The notes beneath the pieces were generated by a model. It worked only from the letters and a program-made list of their open reading frames with translations, did no database searches and was not told where the DNA came from. Below, piece by piece: positions 56,729-64,000 of a stretch of 64,000 nt of DNA (position 1 is its first letter; every line of letters begins with the position of its first letter). Made by a program: the position numbers and the translations under genes. Source of the DNA: Myxococcota bacterium. GTDB lineage: Bacteria > Myxococcota_A > Polyangia > Nannocystales > Nannocystaceae. Location of the stretch: contig JBCCHT010000002.1 in assembly GCA_039028615.1 (NCBI GenBank), positions 416,001 through 480,000 of the forward strand. Direction: 5' to 3'.

Positions 56729-57706
56729 TCAGGAGGCGCCCGGGACCAGGTGGATCTGGTTTTCGTGGTCCAGAGCGATCACCTGGTCACCACAACGACG
56801 AACCTGAACGATGGCGCCCGCCCCCGGAATCTCAATCGCCTCGATCGAACCGTCGGCGAGGTCGACCCGGGCCACCGCCCCCACCGAGCCCACCAGCGCG
56901 TGTTGGCCGTCGACCACTACCGCGCGCTCCGTGTTCTCGAACAGATGCGAGAAGTCGTCCTCGTCGCCGTCGAGTTCGGTCGCGGTGGGGACCTCGACCA
57001 CGAAGTCCGCCGTGCCCGTCGCAATCGAGTACAGGCCGACCTGGCCGCCGAAGTCCCAGTTCTGTGTGCTCCAGACCAGCAGCCGTTCGTCGGGCAGGAA
57101 CGCCACACAGCCCGACTCGAAGTCCGTGACGATCTGGCGCTCGGCCAGCTCCGCCAGCAACGTGGCCTTGCCCTCGGCGAGCGCGTAGACGTTGGCCGAG
57201 CAGCCGCCTTGATCGTACAGCACCATCGCCACCCGCGACTCGGCCTCATCGAAGATCGGCGAGCTCATCCCCGCGTTGATCTCCATCTCCCCCTGGATCG
57301 AGCGATCGGAGCGCCTCAGCACGCGGGCGCCCGCGAGGGGATCGTCGTCCGACGGAAAGTAGCGATCCGCGATGAGCAGCTCGGTACTCGGGCTCACCCC
57401 CAGCGCCATTAGCCCGAAACGAGCATGCTCGATCGTCTGTTTTTCCTCCGCCTCCAGACCGCCCCAGCTCCACCGCTCCACGAACGCCGGACTCCCGAAC
57501 TCGCGGACCGGCATCGACGCGACGAACCAGTCCTCGCCGCGAGCCTGCGGGTACCTCAACAGCCGATCGATGCACAGCTCGGCCAGGTCGCGCCACTGAG
57601 ACTCCACCAGAGCCCGATGACGGACCTTCGTCGTCTTGTCGTCGAAGTCGTAGCTGAAGTGCAGAATCTCGGGCCGCGTAGGGTGCGTGATGACGTGCGG
57701 GATCAT
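56729..57706 (-). CDS. Hypothetical protein, beta-propeller-like
   Basis: C-terminal part of ORF 56729..58372 from MIPHV; beta-rich acidic composition. Confidence 0.55.
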   Translation of the reverse strand: MIPHVITHPTRPEILHFSYDFDDKTTKVRHRALVESQWRDLAELCIDRLLRYPQARGEDWFVASMPVREFGSPAFVERWSWGGLEAEEKQTIEHARFGLMALGVSPSTELLIADRYFPSDDDPLAGARVLRRSDRSIQGEMEINAGMSSPIFDEAESRVAMVLYDQGGCSANVYALAEGKATLLAELAERQIVTDFESGCVAFLPDERLLVWSTQNWDFGGQVGLYSIATGTADFVVEVPTATELDGDEDDFSHLFENTERAVVVDGQHALVGSVGAVARVDLADGSIEAIEIPGAGAIVQVRRCGDQVIALDHENQIHLVPGAS

Positions 57707-58244
57707 GGCTCGTAGCGGTAGAGTGCCTGCCCGCGGGGTTGTGACACCCAATGTCGGACCTTTTTGAGGTTGGGCAGGGTCGTCGCGCGGGCGTGATGCG
57801 CTCGACGGTCTACTGTGTCTCGCGCTGGGGCACACGGCGGCGAAGCGAGCGGACCCAGCTGTCGAAGCCCTTGTCGAGCGCAGCCCGCTGCTCCGAGGTT
57901 CGGTGTTCGAACACCCGACCCAGGCCTCGACCGCCGTGAGGCGCATCCAGCGACTCGCCCGGGACCTCATTTGGGCCCGTTCTGCGGATGAAATCGCCGA
58001 AAGGCGAGAAAAATTGGCCGAGGCTGAGCGGATTCCTCCGGCAACGGCATTCCACTCATAGAGGCTCGACGACAACGAGCGAGCCGGCCTCCTCCTCGGA
58101 GGACATCCCCCCTGTTCCCCGACCTTCGGTGGCCATTCGCCGGGCCACCGTCGATCTGTCGTTGGACGCCGATCGCGGCTCGTCCGACCGAGTGCAATGC
58201 GACACCGCATCCTCGGCGGCGGCTGACGGCCTCGGAGCACCGCC

Positions 58245-59264
58245 ATGATTTCCCATACCCAGTATCGCAGCCGCCGCACTTTCTCCGGACTCGACGGACT
58301 CCGAGCACTGTGTGTCATCGCCGTGGTGTGGCACCACGCGGGGGCGCGCACGCCCTTGCCGATCACCAGCAACGGATTCCTCGGCGTCGACGTGTTCTTC
58401 GCGCTGAGCGGCTTTCTGATCGTGACGCTGCTGCTCCGGGAACGCGATCGCCACGGGACAATCTCGCTCCGCGATTTCTACATGCGCCGCACGCTGCGGA
58501 TCTTCCCGCTCTACTACGGTGTCGTCGGTGGCCTCCTGCTCCTGCACGCGCTCGTGCCCCGCACGACCACCCAGTATGCGGTCGACTACGCCCCCTACCT
58601 GTTCACGTACACCAGCGATCTCGTCGTGGTGCCGGGCGCACTCGCGGTGGGTTGGTCGCTGGCGGCCGAGGAGCAGTTCTACCTGGTGTGGCCGACCATC
58701 GAGCGCTTCGGTGCCCGGGCGTGGTGGCTGCTGGGCGCCATCGGAATCGGCGTGAGCCAGTGCTTCAACTTCGGGCTCTTTCCCAACTACGGCCTCGAGA
58801 TCCTGCAGACCACCTTCACCCCGATCTTGCTCGGCGTGGGCCTGGCCCACGCCCTCCACGACCCGAAGACCTTCGCCCGCCTCGCTCCGTGGCTTCGCTC
58901 CCCCGTGCTTCGCGGTCTCACCGTGGTCACCGTGCTGGTGCTTGCCAACACGCCGGGCGATGTCGCTGGACTCCCGCGCCTGGCGTTCCACCTGGCCATC
59001 ACGGGCTTGGTCGCGGTGGTGGTAACCCGCAAAGACGGTGCCACCAGCGTCTTGGATGCGTGGGTGCTGCGACGCATCGGCGCCGTGAGCTACGGGATCT
59101 ACTTGCTGCACATGTTCGTGATGACCGCGGTGACCAAGGCCGTGCCGGGGCCGGCGTTCGGGACGTTCGTGATGGTCATGGTCGGCACCTGGGGCGCCGC
59201 CGAGCTGTCGTACCGGTTCTACGAGCGCCGCTTCATCAACCTGAAGCACCGCTTCGCTCGCTGA
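58245..59264 (+). CDS. Acyltransferase family 3 (OafA-like)
   Basis: LDGLRA, GVDVFFALSGFLI, FYMRR.LRIFPLY, WSLAAEEQFY, SYGIYLLH. Confidence 0.92.
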   Translation: MISHTQYRSRRTFSGLDGLRALCVIAVVWHHAGARTPLPITSNGFLGVDVFFALSGFLIVTLLLRERDRHGTISLRDFYMRRTLRIFPLYYGVVGGLLLLHALVPRTTTQYAVDYAPYLFTYTSDLVVVPGALAVGWSLAAEEQFYLVWPTIERFGARAWWLLGAIGIGVSQCFNFGLFPNYGLEILQTTFTPILLGVGLAHALHDPKTFARLAPWLRSPVLRGLTVVTVLVLANTPGDVAGLPRLAFHLAITGLVAVVVTRKDGATSVLDAWVLRRIGAVSYGIYLLHMFVMTAVTKAVPGPAFGTFVMVMVGTWGAAELSYRFYERRFINLKHRFAR

Positions 59265-59351
59265 CCTCGACCACGAGGTCGGGTCAGCGATAGTCGAACG
59301 TACGACGCGGACCTGAGGACGTGGACGGCCGACACGGTCGCCCGCCTCGAC

Positions 59352-59879
59352 TCAGGCCCTCGAGACCCGCCCGCGGGTCTTCACCCCGGGACCGAAGCGA
59401 AGCATCGGCTGCACGACGATGGATGCCTTCGAGGCATGCCGCTCGCTCGCCGGAGGGTTCTTCGGCTGGGGATGCTCCCCGAGTGCCAACGATCGCAAGA
59501 TCCGAAGCGCATCGATGGTGGTGAAGATGCCCACGACGTCATCACCGTCGATCACGACCGCACATCCGTAGCGGTTGCGTTCCAGCACCCTGGCCACCTC
59601 CGAGACCCGAGTGGTCGGTGTACAGCAGTAGGGGCGAGCCGTCATCGCGTCGCGCACGGTGAGGTCGCAGCGCGCACGATGGTCGGTGCTCCACACTCGC
59701 CCGAGGTCGTGCGCGCTCACGATCCCCGTGAGCTGCCCGTTGCGCACGACCAGCAGGTGCCGAATCTCGTTGAAGGTCATTCGGTCTTGCGCATCGACGA
59801 TGCTCAGCTCCTCGCTTGCGGTCACCGGATCGATACTCATGAAGTCGCCGACGACGAGGGTCTCCAAGGGAACGTTCAC
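59352..59879 (-). CDS. CBS domain pair protein
   Basis: VGDFMS, IRHLLV...GIVS..D, VRDAMT, VVGIFT.ID. Confidence 0.85.
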   Translation of the reverse strand: MNVPLETLVVGDFMSIDPVTASEELSIVDAQDRMTFNEIRHLLVVRNGQLTGIVSAHDLGRVWSTDHRARCDLTVRDAMTARPYCCTPTTRVSEVARVLERNRYGCAVVIDGDDVVGIFTTIDALRILRSLALGEHPQPKNPPASERHASKASIVVQPMLRFGPGVKTRGRVSRA

Positions 59880-60757
59880 GCCGGGCTCCCCTCGGGTACG
59901 ACCGCCACGGGAACCATGCTCGCGGCCGCGAGCGCGCTCGAGACGCTCGAGTCGAAGATGCGCATGCCCAGCCCGAGCTGTCTCGAGCCAGAGACGATCA
60001 GCGGCGAGCGCATGTTCTCGCCGACTTCACACAGCCCATCGACGACGTGCCCCTCCACCACGTGGTGGGGCATGGTGTCCATCTCGTGTCGGGTCTTCCA
60101 GTTCGCGATCGCCTCTTCCCTTCGTTGCCGCATCTTCGAGTAGTGCGCCGCGGTCACGACCGCCGGAGCGAAGTCCTCGGTGATGTGCTGGAAGGTCTCG
60201 ACGACGTGGATGATGGCCAGCGGCCGACCGATCTCCGTGGCGAAGCGCCGGGCAAAGGCCGCGGCCGAAGGCATCGAGACCCCGGGGTCGACGGCGAGCA
60301 ACACGGGGCCATCCCCGACTTCCCCTGCTCCTAGATCGGGTGGCACCACGATCGTGGGCGCGGGCAGGTTTCGCAGGGTTCGACGCGCAACCCGACCCAG
60401 TCGGACCAAGCGTCGTGAATCCCGAGGAGCCAGTCGTCCCAGGATCAACCCCGCCACATTCGGCTGTCGGGCGAACTTCGCCAAGCCGCCCTCGACCGAG
60501 TTCTCGACGGCGATGCTCAGTCCCGAGATCGCGCTCTCGGCCCCCGCGTACCTCACGAGCGAGTGCGCAGCGTCCTGGGCCGCGCTCTCGACCTCACGCA
60601 GATGCGTGTCGCGGAGCACCTGACTGAGCCGCGCGCGATCCAGCACGTGGATCCCCTCGAACTCATGCTGGGACTGCGATGCGCGAAACAACCAGCCCGC
60701 AAACCCCAGCGCACCATCCCCTCGTTCTCCCAGTTCCATTCCGACGAGCCATCGCAT
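59876..60757 (-). CDS. Universal stress protein (tandem USP domains)
   Basis: HV, LILGR, LGRVARR.LR, VLLAVD, LIVSGSR, SSVS...PVAVVP. Confidence 0.85.
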   Translation of the reverse strand: MRWLVGMELGERGDGALGFAGWLFRASQSQHEFEGIHVLDRARLSQVLRDTHLREVESAAQDAAHSLVRYAGAESAISGLSIAVENSVEGGLAKFARQPNVAGLILGRLAPRDSRRLVRLGRVARRTLRNLPAPTIVVPPDLGAGEVGDGPVLLAVDPGVSMPSAAAFARRFATEIGRPLAIIHVVETFQHITEDFAPAVVTAAHYSKMRQRREEAIANWKTRHEMDTMPHHVVEGHVVDGLCEVGENMRSPLIVSGSRQLGLGMRIFDSSVSSALAAASMVPVAVVPEGSPA

Positions 60758-60915
60758 GTGCAGCCTCCTCGACTGCAACCTGAGCCTCGATCCCCGATGA
60801 GGCACGCTCCCTTTTTGCGGGGTATTCAGGCTCCACGACGCAAGACTTGCGGGCCCGCGTCCCGACGATGCATCGCGTGCGCCCTCACGGTCCCGCCCCT
60901 CGGAGCTCCGACCGA

Positions 60916-61857
60916 TCAGCGATGGCGAGTCGCGGCCTCGTACGCGCGCCGCAGGGTCTCGGCGGACGCTTCGAGCCCTTCGCGTTCGATGGCGTCCATG
61001 CTCGGCTCGAGCACTTCCGTGGCTCCGTCCTTACCCACGACCGCGGGCAGAGACAGCGCGACCCCGTCGATCCCACACCCGCCCGACTGCACCCGAGACA
61101 CCGTCAGCACCCGTCGGTCGCCGCGAAGCGCCCAACGGAGCAAGTTCGCCGTGACCAGACCGATCGCGTGGTTGGTGGCTCCCTTACGCCGAATGATGGC
61201 CTGCGCCGCGTCCCGAACCTCCACGCCCGCGTCCCGCTCGTGCTCCGGGGTCCAGCCTTTCCACGCTCGTAGAGGCGCGCCGCCGATATGCGCGCTGGAC
61301 CACAGGACGACCTCCGAGTCCCCGTGCTCTCCGACGACCTGCGCGTGAATCGACCGCGGCTCGAGCGAGAGCGTGCGGCCGAGGACCTGCCGCAGGCGTG
61401 CCGTGTCGAGCATGGTCCCGGTCCCGATGACGCGTTCCGGGGGGAGCCCCGAGGCCTCCGCGGCCACCTGGGTGAGCACGTCCACCGGGTTGGTGACCAT
61501 GACGAGCAGACCGCGAAGCCCGGCGAGGCGACTCGCGATCTCGCGAACCATCCCCACGTTGTCTTGCAGGAGATCCAAGCGCGATTGACCGGGTCGGCCG
61601 CCGCGTCCGGCCGCGATCACGACGGCGTCGAGCTCCCGCATCTCTTCGATCGCCGCCGCCCGCACTCGAGCGGGCGGATAGAACGAAACGCCCTGAGCGA
61701 GGTCGAGCGCTTCACCTTCGGCCAGCCCCTCCTTGGCATCGTGAAGCAGCAGCTCCGACACAAAGCCGGCGTGCAACGTCGAAATTGCGACGCTGCTGCC
61801 GACCCAACCCATCCCGACGATTCCGATTCTCGGCCCCATGACGGGCTCGATCATCAC
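60916..61857 (-). CDS. ldh: L-lactate dehydrogenase (LDH/MDH family)
   Basis: GMGWVG, GQSRLDL, TNPVD, GTMLDTAR, GEHGDS, KGAT. Confidence 0.85.
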   Translation of the reverse strand: MMIEPVMGPRIGIVGMGWVGSSVAISTLHAGFVSELLLHDAKEGLAEGEALDLAQGVSFYPPARVRAAAIEEMRELDAVVIAAGRGGRPGQSRLDLLQDNVGMVREIASRLAGLRGLLVMVTNPVDVLTQVAAEASGLPPERVIGTGTMLDTARLRQVLGRTLSLEPRSIHAQVVGEHGDSEVVLWSSAHIGGAPLRAWKGWTPEHERDAGVEVRDAAQAIIRRKGATNHAIGLVTANLLRWALRGDRRVLTVSRVQSGGCGIDGVALSLPAVVGKDGATEVLEPSMDAIEREGLEASAETLRRAYEAATRHR

Positions 61858-62087
61858 GATGGGTGTAGGCCGTGTCTACGGCCTACCGCTGTGGTTCGGC
61901 CTCGAGTGCCCCGCAAAAATTGCGCCCGATGATCCAGCTCGAGACTCAGCCCATCCAAGGAGCGCGTGCTCGAGTCGCTTCGACGGCCAAATGTTCTGGC
62001 CCGCAGCACGGCACGGACCCTTGCCGGGAGCGCCGATCGATGCGTATCGGGTTGTAGAGTGTCGAGCCCGAATGGTCCACACCGAGC

Positions 62088-62645
62088 TCAGCCTGACTCG
62101 AGCACCTGGGCCTCCAAGGCCGCAAGGGTCTTCTCGCTCCAGGTGCCCGCGTAGATGTTCACCATGAACTGCGGCATTGCACCAAGCGGATCGACGTTGC
62201 ACTCCACATGCGTTCGCGTGCCGCCATCGTCGGGCAGCTCTTCCAGCCTGTAGACGAGGAGGTTCAGCGCAGCGCGGACTCGTCCATCGACCTCAGGCAT
62301 ATCGGCGCGCTCGATCGACTGCAGATCGAGGGTGGCCGACTTCACGGAGCCATCGTCGTGAGTGTCGGTCACCTCCCAGATCCCGCTGATGACGTAGTCC
62401 CGATCCGAGAGCATCGGCATCAGGGTGTAGTGCTGGTACACCACGAACTCGGCTGGCAGGTCCGCGAATGCGAGCTCACCACCCCGCTCGAGTTCTCTCT
62501 CCTCGACGAGTCCACTGACCCACTCTGTCTTCGCGGCGCACTCAAACAGCGCGCGAGCGATGTCCACAAGTGTCGCCTGGATGACCTTGACACCGGAGAC
62601 GTTCTTGAGGGCTGGGCGGGCGGAAGCAAGACGGGCGCGTGGCAT
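62088..62645 (-). CDS. START/lipid-binding domain protein (N-terminus apparently short)
   Basis: W, P.LSDRDYV, VR, DPLGAMPQFMVN...TL pattern of START domains. Confidence 0.65.
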   Translation of the reverse strand: MPRARLASARPALKNVSGVKVIQATLVDIARALFECAAKTEWVSGLVEERELERGGELAFADLPAEFVVYQHYTLMPMLSDRDYVISGIWEVTDTHDDGSVKSATLDLQSIERADMPEVDGRVRAALNLLVYRLEELPDDGGTRTHVECNVDPLGAMPQFMVNIYAGTWSEKTLAALEAQVLESG

Positions 62646-62834
62646 GGGACTCCGCTCTTTGACCGAGGGATGCTCCACCTGAGCGTGACGATGGTAGGGA
62701 GGGCCAGGAGACGAGTCAATCGCCGCGACCAAGCCACCGCCCCGGGCTGGCGACCTCGTTCACCCGCGCCTCATTGAGAGGAGTTGCATCGGTTCAGCCT
62801 ACCCAGGACAGAGCGGACCCCCGACCAACCCGCC

Positions 62835-63107
62835 TCAATGCGCGGCATACCACGCCTCGAGCGACACGCAGCGTGCCCGCCCCGTATCCGGCAACTCCGA
62901 TACGGCATGCAGGATCTCCTGCTCCGAGTTCAGCCCATGACCTGCATCGAGACGCGCCGTCTTGTAGGCATCGATGCCCCGCGTCGCCTCGTGGGAACCC
63001 ACGGTCTCGAGTTCGGTGTGGGCGTCGCAGAGGGCGAGGATGGGAGACTCGCCGCAGCCGCTCGCGCCTAGGAGCGCGGCGAGGACAAAGGTGCGCAAGG
63101 AGGACAT
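62835..63107 (-). CDS. Small lipoprotein
   Basis: MSSLRTFVLAALLGASGC lipobox. Confidence 0.5.
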   Translation of the reverse strand: MSSLRTFVLAALLGASGCGESPILALCDAHTELETVGSHEATRGIDAYKTARLDAGHGLNSEQEILHAVSELPDTGRARCVSLEAWYAAH

Positions 63108-63372
63108 ATCGACAGAACGTACACGATGCGCTCGGCCTTCCCCGTCCCGTCCCTTTGCTCGGCCGCCAGCTTTCGCTGGTGATTCCATGGCGTTACGTGG
63201 GAGGTCTTGGGACACCAAGCCACCCATCCCGCCTCGCCGCGCGTATCAACGTCGACCAAGCCCTGCCGCTGATGCCCGCAAATGAATGGGCGCGACCTTG
63301 CAACGCAGACCCTACGCCATGGGCTGGCCGGCAGCAGGGCGATGCAGCATCCCCTCGTCGAAATTCTACCGA

Positions 63373-63951
63373 CTACCCGAAGTAATCAGGCGCGTTGCCG
63401 GGCTTCCACTTGATGTTGCACCCGATGCTCGCCGTCTGCTCCGCCACGGGCTTCTTGCCCTCGAGCAATGCAGCCACCGCCGCATTCAAGTCCGCCCCGG
63501 TCACCGGCTGCCCATTGCTCGGCCGGCTCGCATCCAGCTGCCCGCGGTACACTAGCTTCCGCTCCCCATCGAACAAGAAGAAGTCCGGCGTGCACGTAGC
63601 CTGGTACGCCTTGGCGACCTCCTGCGAGGCGTCGACGAGGTAGTCGAAGGTGTAGCCGTTGTTCTCGGCCTCGTCCTTCATGCGGGCGGGGCTGTCGTCG
63701 GGGTAGCCGTCGGCGTCGTTGGAGTTGATGCCGACCATCGCGATGCCGCGCTCGGGCAGCTCGCGACCGAGCTGGGCCAGCATCTCGCGGATGTGGCGGA
63801 CGAAGGGGCAGTGGTTGCACATGAAGACGACGAGCAGGCCCTTGCAGCCGGCGTAGTCGTCGAGGGAGACCTCGCGCCCCGTATAGTCGGGCAGCCGAAA
63901 CGCGGGGGCTTCGGTTCCCAGGGAGATCATTTTCGACGCGGTCATCACCAT
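63373..63951 (-). CDS. Thioredoxin-fold AhpC/TSA (redoxin) protein
   Basis: CNHCPFV, INSND...YP.DS, A.CTPDFF, YRGQLD, SIGCNIKW. Confidence 0.9.
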   Translation of the reverse strand: MVMTASKMISLGTEAPAFRLPDYTGREVSLDDYAGCKGLLVVFMCNHCPFVRHIREMLAQLGRELPERGIAMVGINSNDADGYPDDSPARMKDEAENNGYTFDYLVDASQEVAKAYQATCTPDFFLFDGERKLVYRGQLDASRPSNGQPVTGADLNAAVAALLEGKKPVAEQTASIGCNIKWKPGNAPDYFG

Positions 63952-64000
63952 GGCGGCGGGAGTATAGGGCATGCCCGCCGGGCCGGTGTCACCCCGGGAA

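Noticed and set aside
57707..58372. Upstream extension of ORF 56729..58372 and the 81-aa ORF 57810..58055
   Set aside because: Arg/Ser/Pro-rich non-coding-like translation, overlaps the acyltransferase; no support
61858..62087. FNR/CRP site upstream of ldh
   Set aside because: No TTGAT-N4-ATCAA or TGTGA-N6-TCACA match seen

Overview
Very GC-rich, gene-dense bacterial DNA. The gene repertoire strongly suggests a myxobacterium, probably Nannocystaceae-like (inference): Thr/Gly/Asp-rich lipoproteins, Cys-rich repeat proteins, CotH kinases, a Ser/Thr kinase-TPR protein, an ECF sigma factor and HMG-CoA synthase. About 60 CDS can be supported. No rRNA, tRNA, CRISPR array or transposase/integrase was recognised. 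Main modules: (i) a surface-protein block with two CotH kinases (4.8-13.9 kb); (ii) an uncharacterised cluster that may make a pterin/riboflavin-precursor-modified glycolipid (14-24 kb), with a RibD-like reductase, GT4, CDP-alcohol phosphotransferase, flippase-like protein, Cys-less QueD-like protein, MDR dehydrogenase, two methyltransferases and a sulfatase-fold protein; (iii) a translationally coupled methyltransferase / RNA ligase / HD-Pnk operon that looks like a non-canonical heal-seal-methylate RNA repair system (31.4-34.0 kb; best candidate for a new system); (iv) a plant-PYD1-like dihydropyrimidine dehydrogenase; (v) an imelysin / DUF1111 / DUF1513 / imelysin / MauG-like operon behind a Fur-like box; (vi) a eukaryote-like CYP7/CYP8-type P450; (vii) a redox-stress block (PPOX, FMN reductase, pirin, LysR, AraC, CDGSH fusion); (viii) a WGR-SWIM-ATP-dependent DNA ligase fusion. 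All family calls come from motif recognition by eye; no database searches were run, and many start codons are best estimates.
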